Shown here: in pieces, positions 50,871-63,090 of the stretch
Layout: each line of letters begins with the position of its first letter
How positions within the stretch are numbered: position 1 is the stretch's first letter
Source: Octopus sinensis
Lineage: Eukaryota
Direction of reading: 5' to 3'
Length of the DNA: 64,000 nucleotides
Assembly (NCBI RefSeq): GCF_006345805.1
Contig: NC_043007.1
Span: 68,696,001-68,760,000, forward strand
Translations under genes and position numbers: made by a program
The notes under the pieces: model-generated
Told to the model about the DNA's origin: nothing
The model's database searches: none
The model's input: only the letters and a program-made list of their open reading frames with translations

Positions 50871-51599
50871 TCATCGGGATGGGACCTGAGAATTGGGAAA
50901 AAATATCATGTACTCAATGAAACCAACGAATTATTGGACGCATATGAGTTTGGCGAGATTAAGCACTATAGCTATTATACGAACGTATATTGTCCGTTAA
51001 TCTATACGAACGTATACTGTGCGTATACTGTATTATACGAACGTATACTGCCCGTAAATCTATTTCTGTACGAGCAGTAATAAAGTATTTATAATTAATA
51101 GACGAGAAGCTATAGACCAAGCTAACTATTTCCTCAAACAGACGAGAGAATACAGTTGAATTCAGTTGATCATCAATAGGATTTGTAGTAAGAATAAACA
51201 GACTATTCTCAAATACTAAGTTGAAAAACGATAACAGAAAATATGTTATAGATTTAAAGTAAAATTTATTGCTTTTCTACCAGCTGGTTTATAGAAATTT
51301 AGCTGATATCAAAAGTATATATGATATTTAATCTATATGACATCAGAAATATGTGATATCAAATGTATATGACATGATATATTTATGCTGTTAAATGGAT
51401 ATGACACGAAATGCATATGGTATTAAAACGGGAGACACTAGTTCTCGAAAAAATGTTTACTGCAGGTTGATGTTGCATAATTGGTGGAAAATAATAATGA
51501 AAAACCTCCGCAGCGGTAAGAGAGTGTATTATCAAAAATAATACAGACGAATTTTATCGTCTTGATTTCATGCATATTTTTATATATACATATGTATAC

Positions 51600-52047
51600 G
51601 TACATAAATGCACATACACACACACACACACAAACACACAAACATATATATATATACACATATACACATATATATACTTGTACACACATATATGTATGCA
51701 CATATACATATATATATATACTTATACTCATACATAAATACATATACACACACACATATATATACACATATATATATGTACATATACACACATATATATA
51801 CATATACACATATACATACATATATATATACATATGCACATATACATACATATATATATACATATGCACATATACATAAATATATATGTACATATACGCA
51901 TATACGTACATATATATACATATATACATATACATATATATATATATATACATATATATACATATATATATATACATATACACATATGCATACATATATA
52001 TATACATATGCATACATATATATACACACATATATACATACACAAAT

Positions 52048-52100
<53 letters not shown>
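51600..52100. repeat. Compound (TA)/(CA)/(CATA) microsatellite
   Basis: Directly visible; source of many spurious ORFs. Confidence 0.95.
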
Positions 52101-52103
<3 letters not shown>

Positions 52104-52105
<2 letters not shown>

Positions 52106-53246
52106 TGGTCGTCAAGTATGAAATTTGTAGAAAACAAAAACAGTTTGCTAATGTTTTACAAATACAAGAATAGTTTTATTCATCAAAGTATGCACCCATA
52201 TTATCAATGCACTTTTGCCATTTCGGCGGTAGCTTGTCCAGCCCGGAAACTAAAAACCTGGCAATCTAGAGTCAGTAAAATCTTGGAAGGCTTGTTTTAC
52301 AGCATCGTCGTAATTAAAGCCTTTTCTTATCAAAACTTATCCAAATTCTAGAAAGAGTGGTAGTTAGTGGGGGCAAGATCAGGTGAATATGGTGGATGAT
52401 GGTGAACTTTGAACTCCAACTATATACTTTCGCCTATGTCATTTTTGCGATGTGTGGTCTGGCGTGGATCTGTTGACTAATCTAGGCATTTTTGTTGTAA
52501 GTTTTTGCATAATTTGCTCCAGTTGGCTGCAGTATACTTCAGCTTCTTTTGAAGAATTTTCCTTTCGTCTTTGTCCAACCATTGTGCTTGAACGTTTACG
52601 GTTGTTGTATTGGATCTATTTCTCATCACATGTTACAATCCAGTTCAAAAATGATTCATTATCGTGATGAGAAAGTAGCATAATGCAGGCTACCAAACGT
52701 TGCTGTTTCTGATTTTCATTGAGTTCACGTAGAAACCACTTATCCAAATTTTTCACTTTACCGATTTGAACTAGGTGAATCAATATTCATTGCCTGCTAG
52801 CACGAAACAACGACGAGAATTCACGGGCCTTTTGAGCTGGATCTCATTTGACGGTTCGTCATTATCCACCTTTGTTTCTGGTCGGTCTGGTGAGGTCAAA
52901 GTTACCAAAACGAATTTTTGCAATCTAGTTTGATAGTGTCTGTTGTGTAATAACATTAGAATGAAATACTCCGTTAATATTCCGAGCTGTCTGTGATGCT
53001 GTATTTTCAAGAAAGAACTCATATTTCAAAACTGTACGAATTTCCGACTTATCCATCTCTAAACACAAATAGCAAAAAACGATTTATAAGTATTTGTAAA
53101 GCGCAAAATGTGTTAGGATAAAGAAATGGGTGTGACAGCTTTCTAACAAAAGATAAAGATTATCAAAATATACTAATGGCGCAAAATGAGCAGCTGTCAA
53201 AATTTACTATATACCTTACTATAAATTTCATACTTGACAATCTAAT
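52104..53246 (-). mobile_element. Mariner transposon with both TIRs and a degraded transposase
   Basis: TIRs ATTGGTCGTCAAGTATGAAATTTGTAG / RC ATTAGATTGTCAAGTATGAAATTTATAG. ATG at 53056 (MDKSEIRTVLKYEF...TARNIN...GRPETKVDNDE); HPPYSPDLAP at ~52365-52400. Confidence 0.92.
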
Positions 53247-53594
53247 AATAGACCGATTCCACTTCATACAGTAATATGTTCCAACGAACCAGAACACATA
53301 GCTCCTGACTTGCCCTGTACAACACAAGAACTCCTCACAGAAGAATTTTAGAAAACCCTGCCATGAACAATACGAGTACATGAATGTGAGGTACTCCGAT
53401 ACACAGGCGGAAAAGATTCTTTTTATTAATGTGTATTTTGTCGCGTCTTCTTTAAATACTTGTAAAGTATTGTTCTGTTTCTTTTTATTCCTTCAGTTAT
53501 ATGCCATATGATATCTTTCACTCATACTCTTGTCTTTTTATAATTTCTCCGATCCTCACCCTTATAAAGCTCAAGTTTAACACCTGTTGTTATT

Positions 53595-53990
53595 AAGGCA
53601 GTGAGCTGACAGAATCGTTTGCACATAAGAAAAACTGCTTAGTACCATTTAACTCAACTTTGCCTTTCATCCTTTCGGGGGCCCAAAAGTATGAAATGAG
53701 GTCGATGTAATCGACAACTCGCTGCCATAGAATTGCTAGCCTTGTGCCAAAATTTGAAGCATTTATTATTATTGCTGTCGCTGGCAAAATCGTAAAATCG
53801 TCTAACAAAATGTTTTGCGGTATATGTTCCGACTCTTTATGTTCTGAATTGAAATACTGCCTAGATCAGCTTCGTCTTTCATTGCTTCTAGAGTGATAAA
53901 ATAATGTACAAATCAAATACCGGGATCGATGTAATCAACTAAACCACTCTCACTACAATTATTGGCCTATTGCCAAAATTTAGAACAATT
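53595..53990. mobile_element. Degenerate tRNA-derived SINE pieces
   Basis: GGCAGTGAGCTGACAGAATCG, TTTGCCTTTCATCCTTTCGGGG and GATGTAATCGAC motifs. Confidence 0.7.
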
Positions 53991-54299
53991 ATTATTGCTG
54001 GTAATTTTAGAACCGCACTTTCGAGAACATCATAAATGTAACCAAAAGATTTATATATAAATGTATGTATGTATGTATGTATGTGTGTATGTATGTATGT
54101 ATGTATGTATGTATGTCTCTACTTTCTCATGTTTATTTAGAGTAAATTTTGACCGGCCACCGACTTGATAGCAAGGTTGTGAAGAAAACTCTTTTAATTT
54201 AGCTGTCATTTTTAAATGTTTAGAAGTTCTTACAGTTTTTTTAATTTCAGATATCGTAATCATTTGTAGCGTATACATTCAGGATCTCCATTCTCTCCC

Positions 54300-54930
54300 C
54301 AAGATTCCAAGTTCAGCCATACTTTCCTCCAGATGTAAACATAAAATACAAAAACATGAAGTACAAACAAAGACAACATAGAATACGAACTTTTTTCCGA
54401 ACAAAGTAAGAAACAAATAGAAAACAAGAAAAGCAACACGGAAAACGTCCCTCCATCAGTTGTTGGCTATGTTTCTACTTCGTATTTCGAGCATGTCACA
54501 ACAAGACACATTTTCAACATAACAGTTGTTCCTGCAAACCAAATTAAATACAAGTTGGGTTTGTGCAGAGGGTCAAAGTTGGTAACAAAAACAAGACAGT
54601 GAAAACAGACAGGAAGGGTTGCTAAGCCGACACGAGTTGAGTTGGTGAACGCGAAAAAACAAGCTCTGACAGGAGTCAGACAAGAATGCGTCCAATTCCT
54701 GTGACTAATCAGAGAGAAAGAAGGAAATTCAAGTTAGAAGAAAGATGGCTGACGGTCACGTGTGAGCCACGGGAGAGAGGGAGAGAGAGAAAGAAAGAGA
54801 CAAACAGAGAACGGTGAAGGGGAAGAGAAAAAGGGGGATGAGAGAGGAAAACGAAAGGTAGAAAAGAGAAGATTAAGAGAATAGAGAAAGGAAGAGGGAG
54901 GGAACGAAACAGGGGAAGAAAAGGACGAAG
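54300..54930 (-). repeat. Interspersed repeat homologous to 26860-27260 (probable Penelope-type terminal repeat)
   Basis: RC contains CAACTTTGACCCTC...GGAACAACTGT...CTCGAAATACGAAGTAG...GCCAACAACTGATGGAGGG. Confidence 0.5.
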
Positions 54931-55108
54931 AGTGTCGCATCGATATCATTAAGATAAAACTTACTTGGAAATGGATGCATGGCATTCAATAATGCATATG
55001 TATATTCAAAATGTGACCGCGTGTGTACCGTTGGCGAATTTTTCCTCTATCTTCCCTTCTCTAGATATTTCCTTCATCTGGTAATAAATTATTTTATCTT
55101 TTTACCCT

Positions 55109-55163
<55 letters not shown>

Positions 55164-55461
55164 ATAATAATAATATTAGGGAGTAAATCCAAACTTACAG
55201 GGAAAAATTAGATTTAGGATTAAATCTAATTTTATAGTATAAATATATATTATATTATATTAAATTAGAGATAAAACCACTATTACGCAAATCAAACAGT
55301 GAAAATCATAAGCCAATACATAGAAATAAAATTAATTAAAAAAATATAAAATATAAAATATAAAAAATATAAAATTCCAAATTAAAATATTTAAATTAAA
55401 GTTGAAATTAAAAAAATTAGAATTTAAAATTTTTTTAAATATATATGTATATATTTATGCA

Positions 55462-55492
<31 letters not shown>

Positions 55493-55521
55493 GTGTATAT
55501 ATATGTATATATATATATATA

Positions 55522-55566
<45 letters not shown>

Positions 55567-56253
55567 GCATAAATACACATACAAGCAACCCTATATATTA
55601 GACAAACGGGTATATACGTATATATACATTTGTATGTGTGCATGTGTATATACATACACATAACGCATATATGTGTATGTATGTGTATGTGCATGTGTGT
55701 GTGCGTGCGTGTGTGAGTAGGTGGTATGTATGTAAGTCCCAATATGCATATCCATGTAAGGATGCGTGAATCTATTCTTCAAATGTTTTTTTGAAGCCTA
55801 ATTACTTTTAGTGGTTCCGATGACGTTTATGGAAAGTCGATTTATTTAAGATCACTAATTTTAAATGTCACTACATTCTGAAGCAATGTACGTATAATTA
55901 CTGATATACATGCGTACATACATAATACATATACATTTAATGTGTAAAACATACCGATAATTACATACATGCATGCAGACATACATAAATACATATGTAT
56001 TTTAAGAATTATTCACAGCACATATAATTGCTTACCTAAATTCTATCACATAAATGCATAGATACATTTTAAAAGTATTATACATGGTGTGTATATTTAC
56101 TTATATGCATGCATAAATGCAATTAAATATATATACATATCCTTTTATTAATGCATTTATATAGAAAATAGAGCAAAAACCACATTCATTAATTATATAT
56201 GTGTCTGTTTGTTTGTGACTATGTGTATTTGTATATGTATGAATGCTTGCGTC

Positions 56254-56300
<47 letters not shown>

Positions 56301-57469
56301 TGTGTGTGTGTGTGTGCGTGCGTGCGTGTGTGGTTTAATGTTACGATGTTCGTGTGTAAAATCTGATGAGAAATTTGTTTTAATGTGTTATATACTACTT
56401 ATGAAAAACGATTCATGCATTTTGAAACAAAAAAATTAAATTGTTTGTAGTTTGTCACGTTTGTTGATTCTGTGACTTTCAGACATTTGTTTTGTTAATG
56501 CGAATTTATTTACCATACTTTGATAATGAAAATAAAGGAATCAAAAGATAAGCGCAAACATGAGTTTTAATAGGTTGACAAAAATGTTTTATGTTTGTTA
56601 CTTCGTGTTTGCTATTTTCGGATTTTCTGGTGCCTTTCCTATTTTTTCTTAGTTAATAGTACTAAGAATATGTGTCACTGAAATGAATTTATCATTCACT
56701 TTTTAATGTTAATATTAATCACGATTATGGTTCGTATTCATGGTTTTCATTTACAGACAAAAAGATATTCTTATGTCAAATATTACTTTATGATATACAA
56801 ATAAATATGTAATGCTTTGTTCCTTCTGGCCCAACATTAGAAATAGTTAGGGAAGGATAAATATCAGGTGAAGGGAGGCCAGAAGTTATGGATTTAAATC
56901 GACCAGATGCAAATGAAAACACGTATTGTAGGATTCAAACTGTAGATGTAAATGTACGTTACAAGCAACGAAAAGTCATTTCTTTTTTTTTACAGATTCT
57001 CACACTCCAAAGACCTTGAATACAATTAAAAGTCGTGCCGTAAATGATCTAATTATTTTTAAATATTTAATTATTTAATCAGATTGTGATCTATTTTGCG
57101 TCCTGAATTCATCTCCCATCGTACAGCCGAGATCAAATTCTTGAGAAAACTATCCGACTGATTATCACTGCGAGATCACCAAAACAATTCTATCACTGGG
57201 CTATTGACTCGCTTTCGTCACTAAATCTTTTTTAGAGCGATGATATAGGATGGCCCAAAAGCATGTTTACAGTTATTCAACTATCGCTTTCGCATTCATA
57301 TAACAGCTTAGATCTTAATTATAAAAAAATATGAAACCCTTATTCTATGCTGATTTAGCTAATTTTCTAAAGCTCCCTTTTCAGTTTGTAACATAGAAAT
57401 ATAAATGTAATAAAATGTTTTAAAAGAAATTTAAAGTGCCTATATGATAAGTGTAAACCTACTTTTGGA

Positions 57470-58010
57470 CCATCTTGTACATACATACGCACACAAACAC
57501 AGGCCCTGACTCAGAGGTGACTACACAAAGACAGACAAGACAACACAAGTGGGGACAAAAACATACTACACGCAGCCTCACATCCTCTGTGAGCTCAACA
57601 TCCTCTGTTATCTGTTGGAAAACACTTATGGTGGCTTGAATTATGATCTGCAGGACCATCAGTTTAACTGTTCCGTGTGGTTTACTTGAAGTACGTGCGG
57701 GTCATCCTCCATATCCCTCATAATAGCTGCCAGCAACCACATTTCCTTAATTTCCGGGGTCACCCGGCCAATTCTTATTCTTGTTACTCTCTTTCCAAGA
57801 TAATTTGGCAGTAGTGTCCATTTCTTCGACTTTAATGCTTCAGTGGAGTGCATTACTGCTTCTTCCTCTGTCGAGAAGCGCACCTTCCACTGTCAAATTT
57901 CACTTCAAATTTCCCGCCTGTACAGAAAGTTTCGATTTTATCACTCAACTTATTTAGGCATTCTTCAACTTCTCTCGCCATTTCGATCTTCCTAGTTAGC
58001 AGTGACTGTT
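57470..58010 (-). pseudogene. L1/Tx1-like ORF1 partial copy D (RRM-like region)
   Basis: LLTRKIEMAREVEECL...VRFSTEEEAVMHSTEALKSKKWTLLPNYLGKRVTRIRIGRV.PEIKEMWL...ELTEDVRLRVV; paralogous to units A and B. Confidence 0.7.
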
Positions 58011-58014
58011 CTGT

Positions 58015-58287
58015 ACACCAGTATCTTCAGTTCCTTGTGGCCACCAGCCACACTTCTTTGATTTCTGGTGGTACTCTGCCTATTCTCACTCTAGCGACAC
58101 TTTTGCCGCAGTAAGTTGGCAAGAATACCCACTCTTGCATCCTGAGCATTACAGTGGCGTGATTTATCGCCTCTTGCTCGTTGGCGAACCTCACCTCCAC
58201 TGTGCCGTATTTTCTTCCTTTTGTGTAGAATGTTGTCAGGATTTTTTATATTTCATCAAGACATTCTTCTATTGCCTCCTCTACGCC
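58015..58287 (-). pseudogene. L1/Tx1-like ORF1 partial copy C
   Basis: IEECLDEI...RKYGTVEVRFANEQEAINHAT..L...EWVFLPTYCGKSVARVRIGRVPPEIKEVWLVA. Confidence 0.7.
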
Positions 58288-58291
58288 ATAT

Positions 58292-58367
58292 GCATATAGT
58301 GTAGTGGTTAAGGGCGCATGCTACTCACCCCAAGATTCCGAGTTCGATTCCGAGCAGTGACTTAAAT

Positions 58368-58421
<54 letters not shown>

Positions 58422-58625
58422 AATAATAATAATAATGATAATAATAATAACAACAACAACAACAACAACATTAAAAAACAAATTAGGAATGAGAACCTAC
58501 ATTCGAAATTTCTCCAAGACAACCGAAACGTTGTGTTAACAGCAAACAAGATGAGGACAAATATCCGTCAAATGTAAATAGTGTAAATAATGCACATAAT
58601 CCCTCATCTCTTAAATATAGAACTG
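58292..58625 (+). mobile_element. tRNA-headed SINE with internal (AAC)n(AAT)n and a Penelope-like tail
   Basis: A box TAGTGTAGTGG, B box GAGTTCGATTCC; the tail contains CCGAAACGTT. Confidence 0.6.
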
Positions 58626-58775
58626 TAGTATGTTATAAATCCTGTTGATATTTTATATTGTTTTCTTGTGAGTGTATATGTGTGTAATCAGTTGGAGAAT
58701 CTGTAGTATCTGAGTTTGAGTTTTTTCGTGTACATGAATTGCCTGTGATTTCGTGTGGGTGTTCTGTTATTGGGT

Positions 58776-59990
58776 TTACTGTGCTGTATGTACAAGTGTG
58801 CGTTTGGTTGGGGATTTAGGGTTGTTTATTGTCATTGTATGTATTAGCAGCGGTGTGAGTATTTGTGTATCATTGTGTTCTTTCCTTTTCTTTCTCTTAA
58901 AGTTCTTCGTAGGCGAGGAGTTCTTTATTTCCTTCCTCTTTCTATTTTGTATTTCATACACTTCATTTATACTTAACTCTTCTGTGTCTTCCTCTGGCTT
59001 ATCACTGCTACTGATTTCTTCTTTTCTCACTTTCGTTGATGCTTGTTTTTGGAGAAGGGGACAGATCACCTTAATGTGCCCCTTTCCTTGCAGTGGTAAC
59101 ATGTGGGGGGTCTTCCCTTCACTACTACCCGCAGTCTCACATCCTCCGGGAGCTCAACCTTTTCTGTTATCATTTGAAGGTCACTGATTGTAGCCTGGAT
59201 TATGACCTCGAGGCCATAACCCCATCAATTTAGATCCTGTGGGTCGTTCTCCATGTCCATCATAATGGTTGTCAGCAACCACATTTCTTTAATTTTCGGG
59301 GAGCACCCTGCCAATTCTTATTCTTGTTACTCTCTTCCCAAGATAATTTGGCAGCAATGCCCTCCTCCCCGACTTCAAGGCTTCCGTGGAGTGCATTACT
59401 GCTTCCTCCATTGACGAGAAGCGCATTCCACCGTTCTAAATTTCCTGCCTCTACAGAAAACTTCGACTTTAGCGCTCAACTTATTCAAGCTTTCATCTTC
59501 TCTCGCCGTTTCTATCTTCCTAGTTAGCAGTGACAGAGCTCTGTACACCACCCTCGTTAGTTCCTTGTTTGTTGCCACGTCCATTGGTGGCGTCAGATAT
59601 AAACTTGGTACCCTCTCTCCTCAATAACTCCCGGCTGCTCTCCACTGCCTCCAAGGCCACAGCCACTTCCCTTACTTCCAACTTTCTTATAGCCTCCGTA
59701 ACACTTTCACGTTTCGCTGCTGCTGCGTAGCTGCCAGCGAGCACTTGCCCTATCCACATTGTAGCTTTTGCCCACTAGGTGAGAAAACCACGAAATAAAA
59801 GGAGACCATCTTTAAATTCAAAACAATCAAGAGGCACCTCGCTAGTGGGGAAAACTTAACAAAGGATAACTATCAGCAACACAAAAACTTTACTAAAAAA
59901 CAGAACGCACTTCTACAAAAATTGCTCGCAACAGGAACTATCAAATACAACCAAAAGAAGTCTTCCCTGACTGTAATTCTTTTTATTTGG
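58776..59990 (-). mobile_element. ORF1-only L1/Tx1-like unit B (SYAAAA start, RRM-like region, CCHC knuckle), frameshifted
   Basis: GSYAAAAK...; GRPPTCYHCKE/GHIKVIC across a 1-nt frameshift; basic tail. The 5' leader shares GAATTAC.GTCAG.GAAGA..TTTTGGTTGTA with unit A. Confidence 0.7.
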
Positions 59991-60252
59991 CACCTAGGCC
60001 ATGACACAGAGGGGACGGCACAAGGACAGGCAGAACGCCACAGTGGAGACAAAAACAAAACGAATGAAAAATGGGGGAAATGTACAATGAAATCGATGGT
60101 GATGAAATGGCTGCATGCGCCTCACTCACATGCAGTACCATTTGAACGTTCTTACATTGATTTTGTAATCCTTTTGTTTTTCCTTATTTTTTTTACTATT
60201 AGCATCATTTTGCTTACTCTTTTTCTCTTCTACTTTTAAAAATCCATTTTAC

Positions 60253-62040
60253 TTTTTTTTTAATATCTGATGTAAGGATCTAGTTCTACTACTGGCGGCA
60301 GTTCGTCGATAATTTCTTTGTTGATTAAAATAGCGTTTACGTTTTCACCGTACATCTTGGGCAACTTAACCCTTATAAGGGATTTAAGCTTGATTATCAC
60401 TCTTTCGGTATATATGATTTTAGCATATTTCACGAAATTCCAGCTATATTTTCTTTGTCTTCTTGCTTGATTACCATGTTCCACTCTTGGCGCCACCTCC
60501 TCCCTTCTGGTTAATGTCGCTCTTTCTCTAGTATGCTTGCTTCTATCTCCTCCTCCTCCATAACCTTCTTCTCAACATCCTTTTCTACCTCTTTCTCAGC
60601 CTCCTTTTCAACTTCCTTTACGACTTTCTTTTGAACGAATTTTACAACTTCCTTCTCCACCTCTTTTTCTGCTTCACTTTTCTTTTTCTGTCTCTCCGGC
60701 GGAGAGCCCATTCTTTCTTTCCTTTTTCGTTTTCTCACCACTTCAAATTCCTCCTCTATTCCTGTTGTCTTCTTCTCATCTTCCTGGACCACATCGTTCA
60801 CTTTCTCCTGTTCCCCAGACTGTTCCATTTGTTGCCCTTTCTCTTCTCTTTGGGAGCATCTCACCTTCATGTGGCCTTTCTCGCCACAAAAATACCATAT
60901 GGGAAGCCTGCTTCCACCACCACTCTCAATCTCATATCTTCTGGTAATATTATTTCTTCTGGAATCTTATTCATGTCACTCAGAGTTGTCTGAACTTCCA
61001 TTTCGATTCCATAACCCCTGTCGTTGACTGTTTTCGTTCTTGTTACTCTCAAGATATTCGCATCCGCCTCCATATTGTACATGACTGCAGCTACCAGCCA
61101 TGTTTCATCTAAATCTGGTGGCAATTCTTCCACCCTTACTCTGACAACTTGCTTGCCACAGTATGTTGGTAGGAGTACCCACTCATCTGTTTTTATGGCA
61201 TCAGTGGAGTGCTTTATCTCTTCTTCTTCGCTTGGAAATCGCACTTCCACTGTGCCATATCTTTACCCTCTTATTATAAGTGGTGAACTTTTCGACCTCT
61301 TTTAAACACTTCTCGATGTCTTCTATCGTAGCTATTTCTATTTCCTGCTCTTTACCTTTTGACCGACAGATTTTTAAAAAATATTTTTTGTAACTAAATA
61401 CTTTCAAACTTCGGACATTGGTAGAATGTGTCATATAAAACATTCTATGACACATTCTACCAGTGTCCGAAGTTTGAAAGTGTTCAGTTACAAAAAAATA
61501 TTTTAAAAATCTGTCGGTCAAAAGGTAAAGATCCCTATTTCCCTTATCGATACCTTCAGTGTTTTGTATATCACTGTCCTTTTATTAAATCCACTTGTTA
61601 AGTCAACTGGGGGCGTCAACTTAAGGTTATGACCTTCCTTTTCCATTAGCTTGCTGCTTTCTTTCAGCTTTCTTGGCTTAATTTTAACTCCTCGAACTCC
61701 CTAAGTTTTTACTTCTATTCCTCTGCTAGCTTCAGCTGCATAACTGTGGCTACATACTGGTCCAGTTTCCATTTCATTTCTTGTCTCTAGCTCTCCCATA
61801 ATTGGGAAGAAAACGCACAATTCACACAATTTCACAAAAACTCGTTAGTAGAAACAGCAATTTTAACAGGGAACAAAACGTGGCACAACCAGGAAGGGAG
61901 TCCTTGAACAATTACAACAATATCACACCTACCTCAACGGAATCGCAAAGATTAAAAAAAACACACTGCTACAACCAAAAATCTTCGCTGACAGTAATTC
62001 TATTGACTGTGTCAGTTCATTATTTATTAGTAGTGGACTA
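60253..62040 (-). mobile_element. ORF1-only L1/Tx1-like unit A ending in TAA + A9 tail
   Basis: ATG at 61799 (..SHSYAAEA..), RRM-like VEVRFPSEEE..WVLLPTYCGKQVVRVRV, R-L-P-I-W-Y-F-C-G-E-K-G-H-M-K-V-R-C (CCHC with first C>W), K/E-rich tail, TATTAAAAAAAAA at 60253-60264. Confidence 0.7.
61355..61525. mobile_element. 171-bp foldback MITE with TA TSD inserted in unit A ORF1
   Basis: Arms CCTTTTGACCGACAG...GTCATA / TATGAC...CTGTCGGTCAAAAGG with a 10-nt loop (61436-61445), 3 substitutions and 1 indel; TA on both sides. Confidence 0.85.
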
Positions 62041-62929
62041 GCCCACTTCTTGCCTGGGGGCGTCCGCCACAACAGAAATAGTAGATGTATTGAAATTCTA
62101 AGTACTTATTCATATTCACAATTTCTCTTTGAGCAATACCCTTTTCTATGATCAGGTCTAATTGGCTGTTAGAATCAGGCAATATGTTTTTCATTGGTAT
62201 TTTCAGTAAATTATACCATTAGATTCCGATACAAAAGTTTCTCAGAACGAGATAGCTTTCAATGCAGAATAGAATACATTTTATCATGGTCTTGTTTGTA
62301 ATTATTGTCGGTTAAATAATCACAAAATTAGCCACACATTTTCGATGAATTTTTCTCTCTAAGTTCGAACTTAGATTGAAGATACCAGACAATAATTGCA
62401 TTTCTTAGTTCATTTGTTTCTTGATCACATGATCTTGTGTCGTTTTGTTTCATTCTTCCAAATATTATGTACCCAAGAAACTTTTGTTTCTCTCTGAAAT
62501 CCTATGAAACAGCGACATTTTCAAATCATTTTCTTTTACTTTTTCTAGTTTTCCTTGATTTTACACCATATTGTTTTATTTATAACGTTATATATTGTTT
62601 TCATTTCGCTACATACATCCGAGCTATTATCTAACCATTTCCACCGCAGTTTTATATCTTGTAATAAAAGATAGCACAGGATCCCGGAAATAAGCTTCTA
62701 TACTTTATTATAATATTATTAGTTGGTGCAGCTAATTTTAGTTCTAACCTTTGTCCAATGAATGGTAACTGCCCCTTATTTTACGAGTGAAACTCTCCAA
62801 AAATTCAATGAAAGAATTATTTTCTTACAATAGCGTGTGGTTTTTAAATTTTTTTTGTCAGAGTTCTAGCTTATATACAATTATTTATATATATATATAA
62901 TGAGAGGGAGAGAGATAGATAAAGAGAGA

Positions 62930-63015
62930 GAGAAGACACGCACACGCACAAACGCAAGCACGCACACATGCACGCGCGCACACACGCACGCACACACACA
63001 TACACACACGCACAC

Positions 63016-63069
<54 letters not shown>

Positions 63070-63090
63070 CACACACACACACATAAATAT
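62930..63090. repeat. (CA)n microsatellite
   Basis: Directly visible. Confidence 0.95.

Noticed and set aside
51438-52351. Long ORFs (up to 247 aa) rich in YI/CV/HT dipeptides here and in many other places
   Set aside because: They are translations of (TA)n, (TG)n, (CA)n and (TACA)n microsatellites, which lack stops in some frames; no protein-like complexity.
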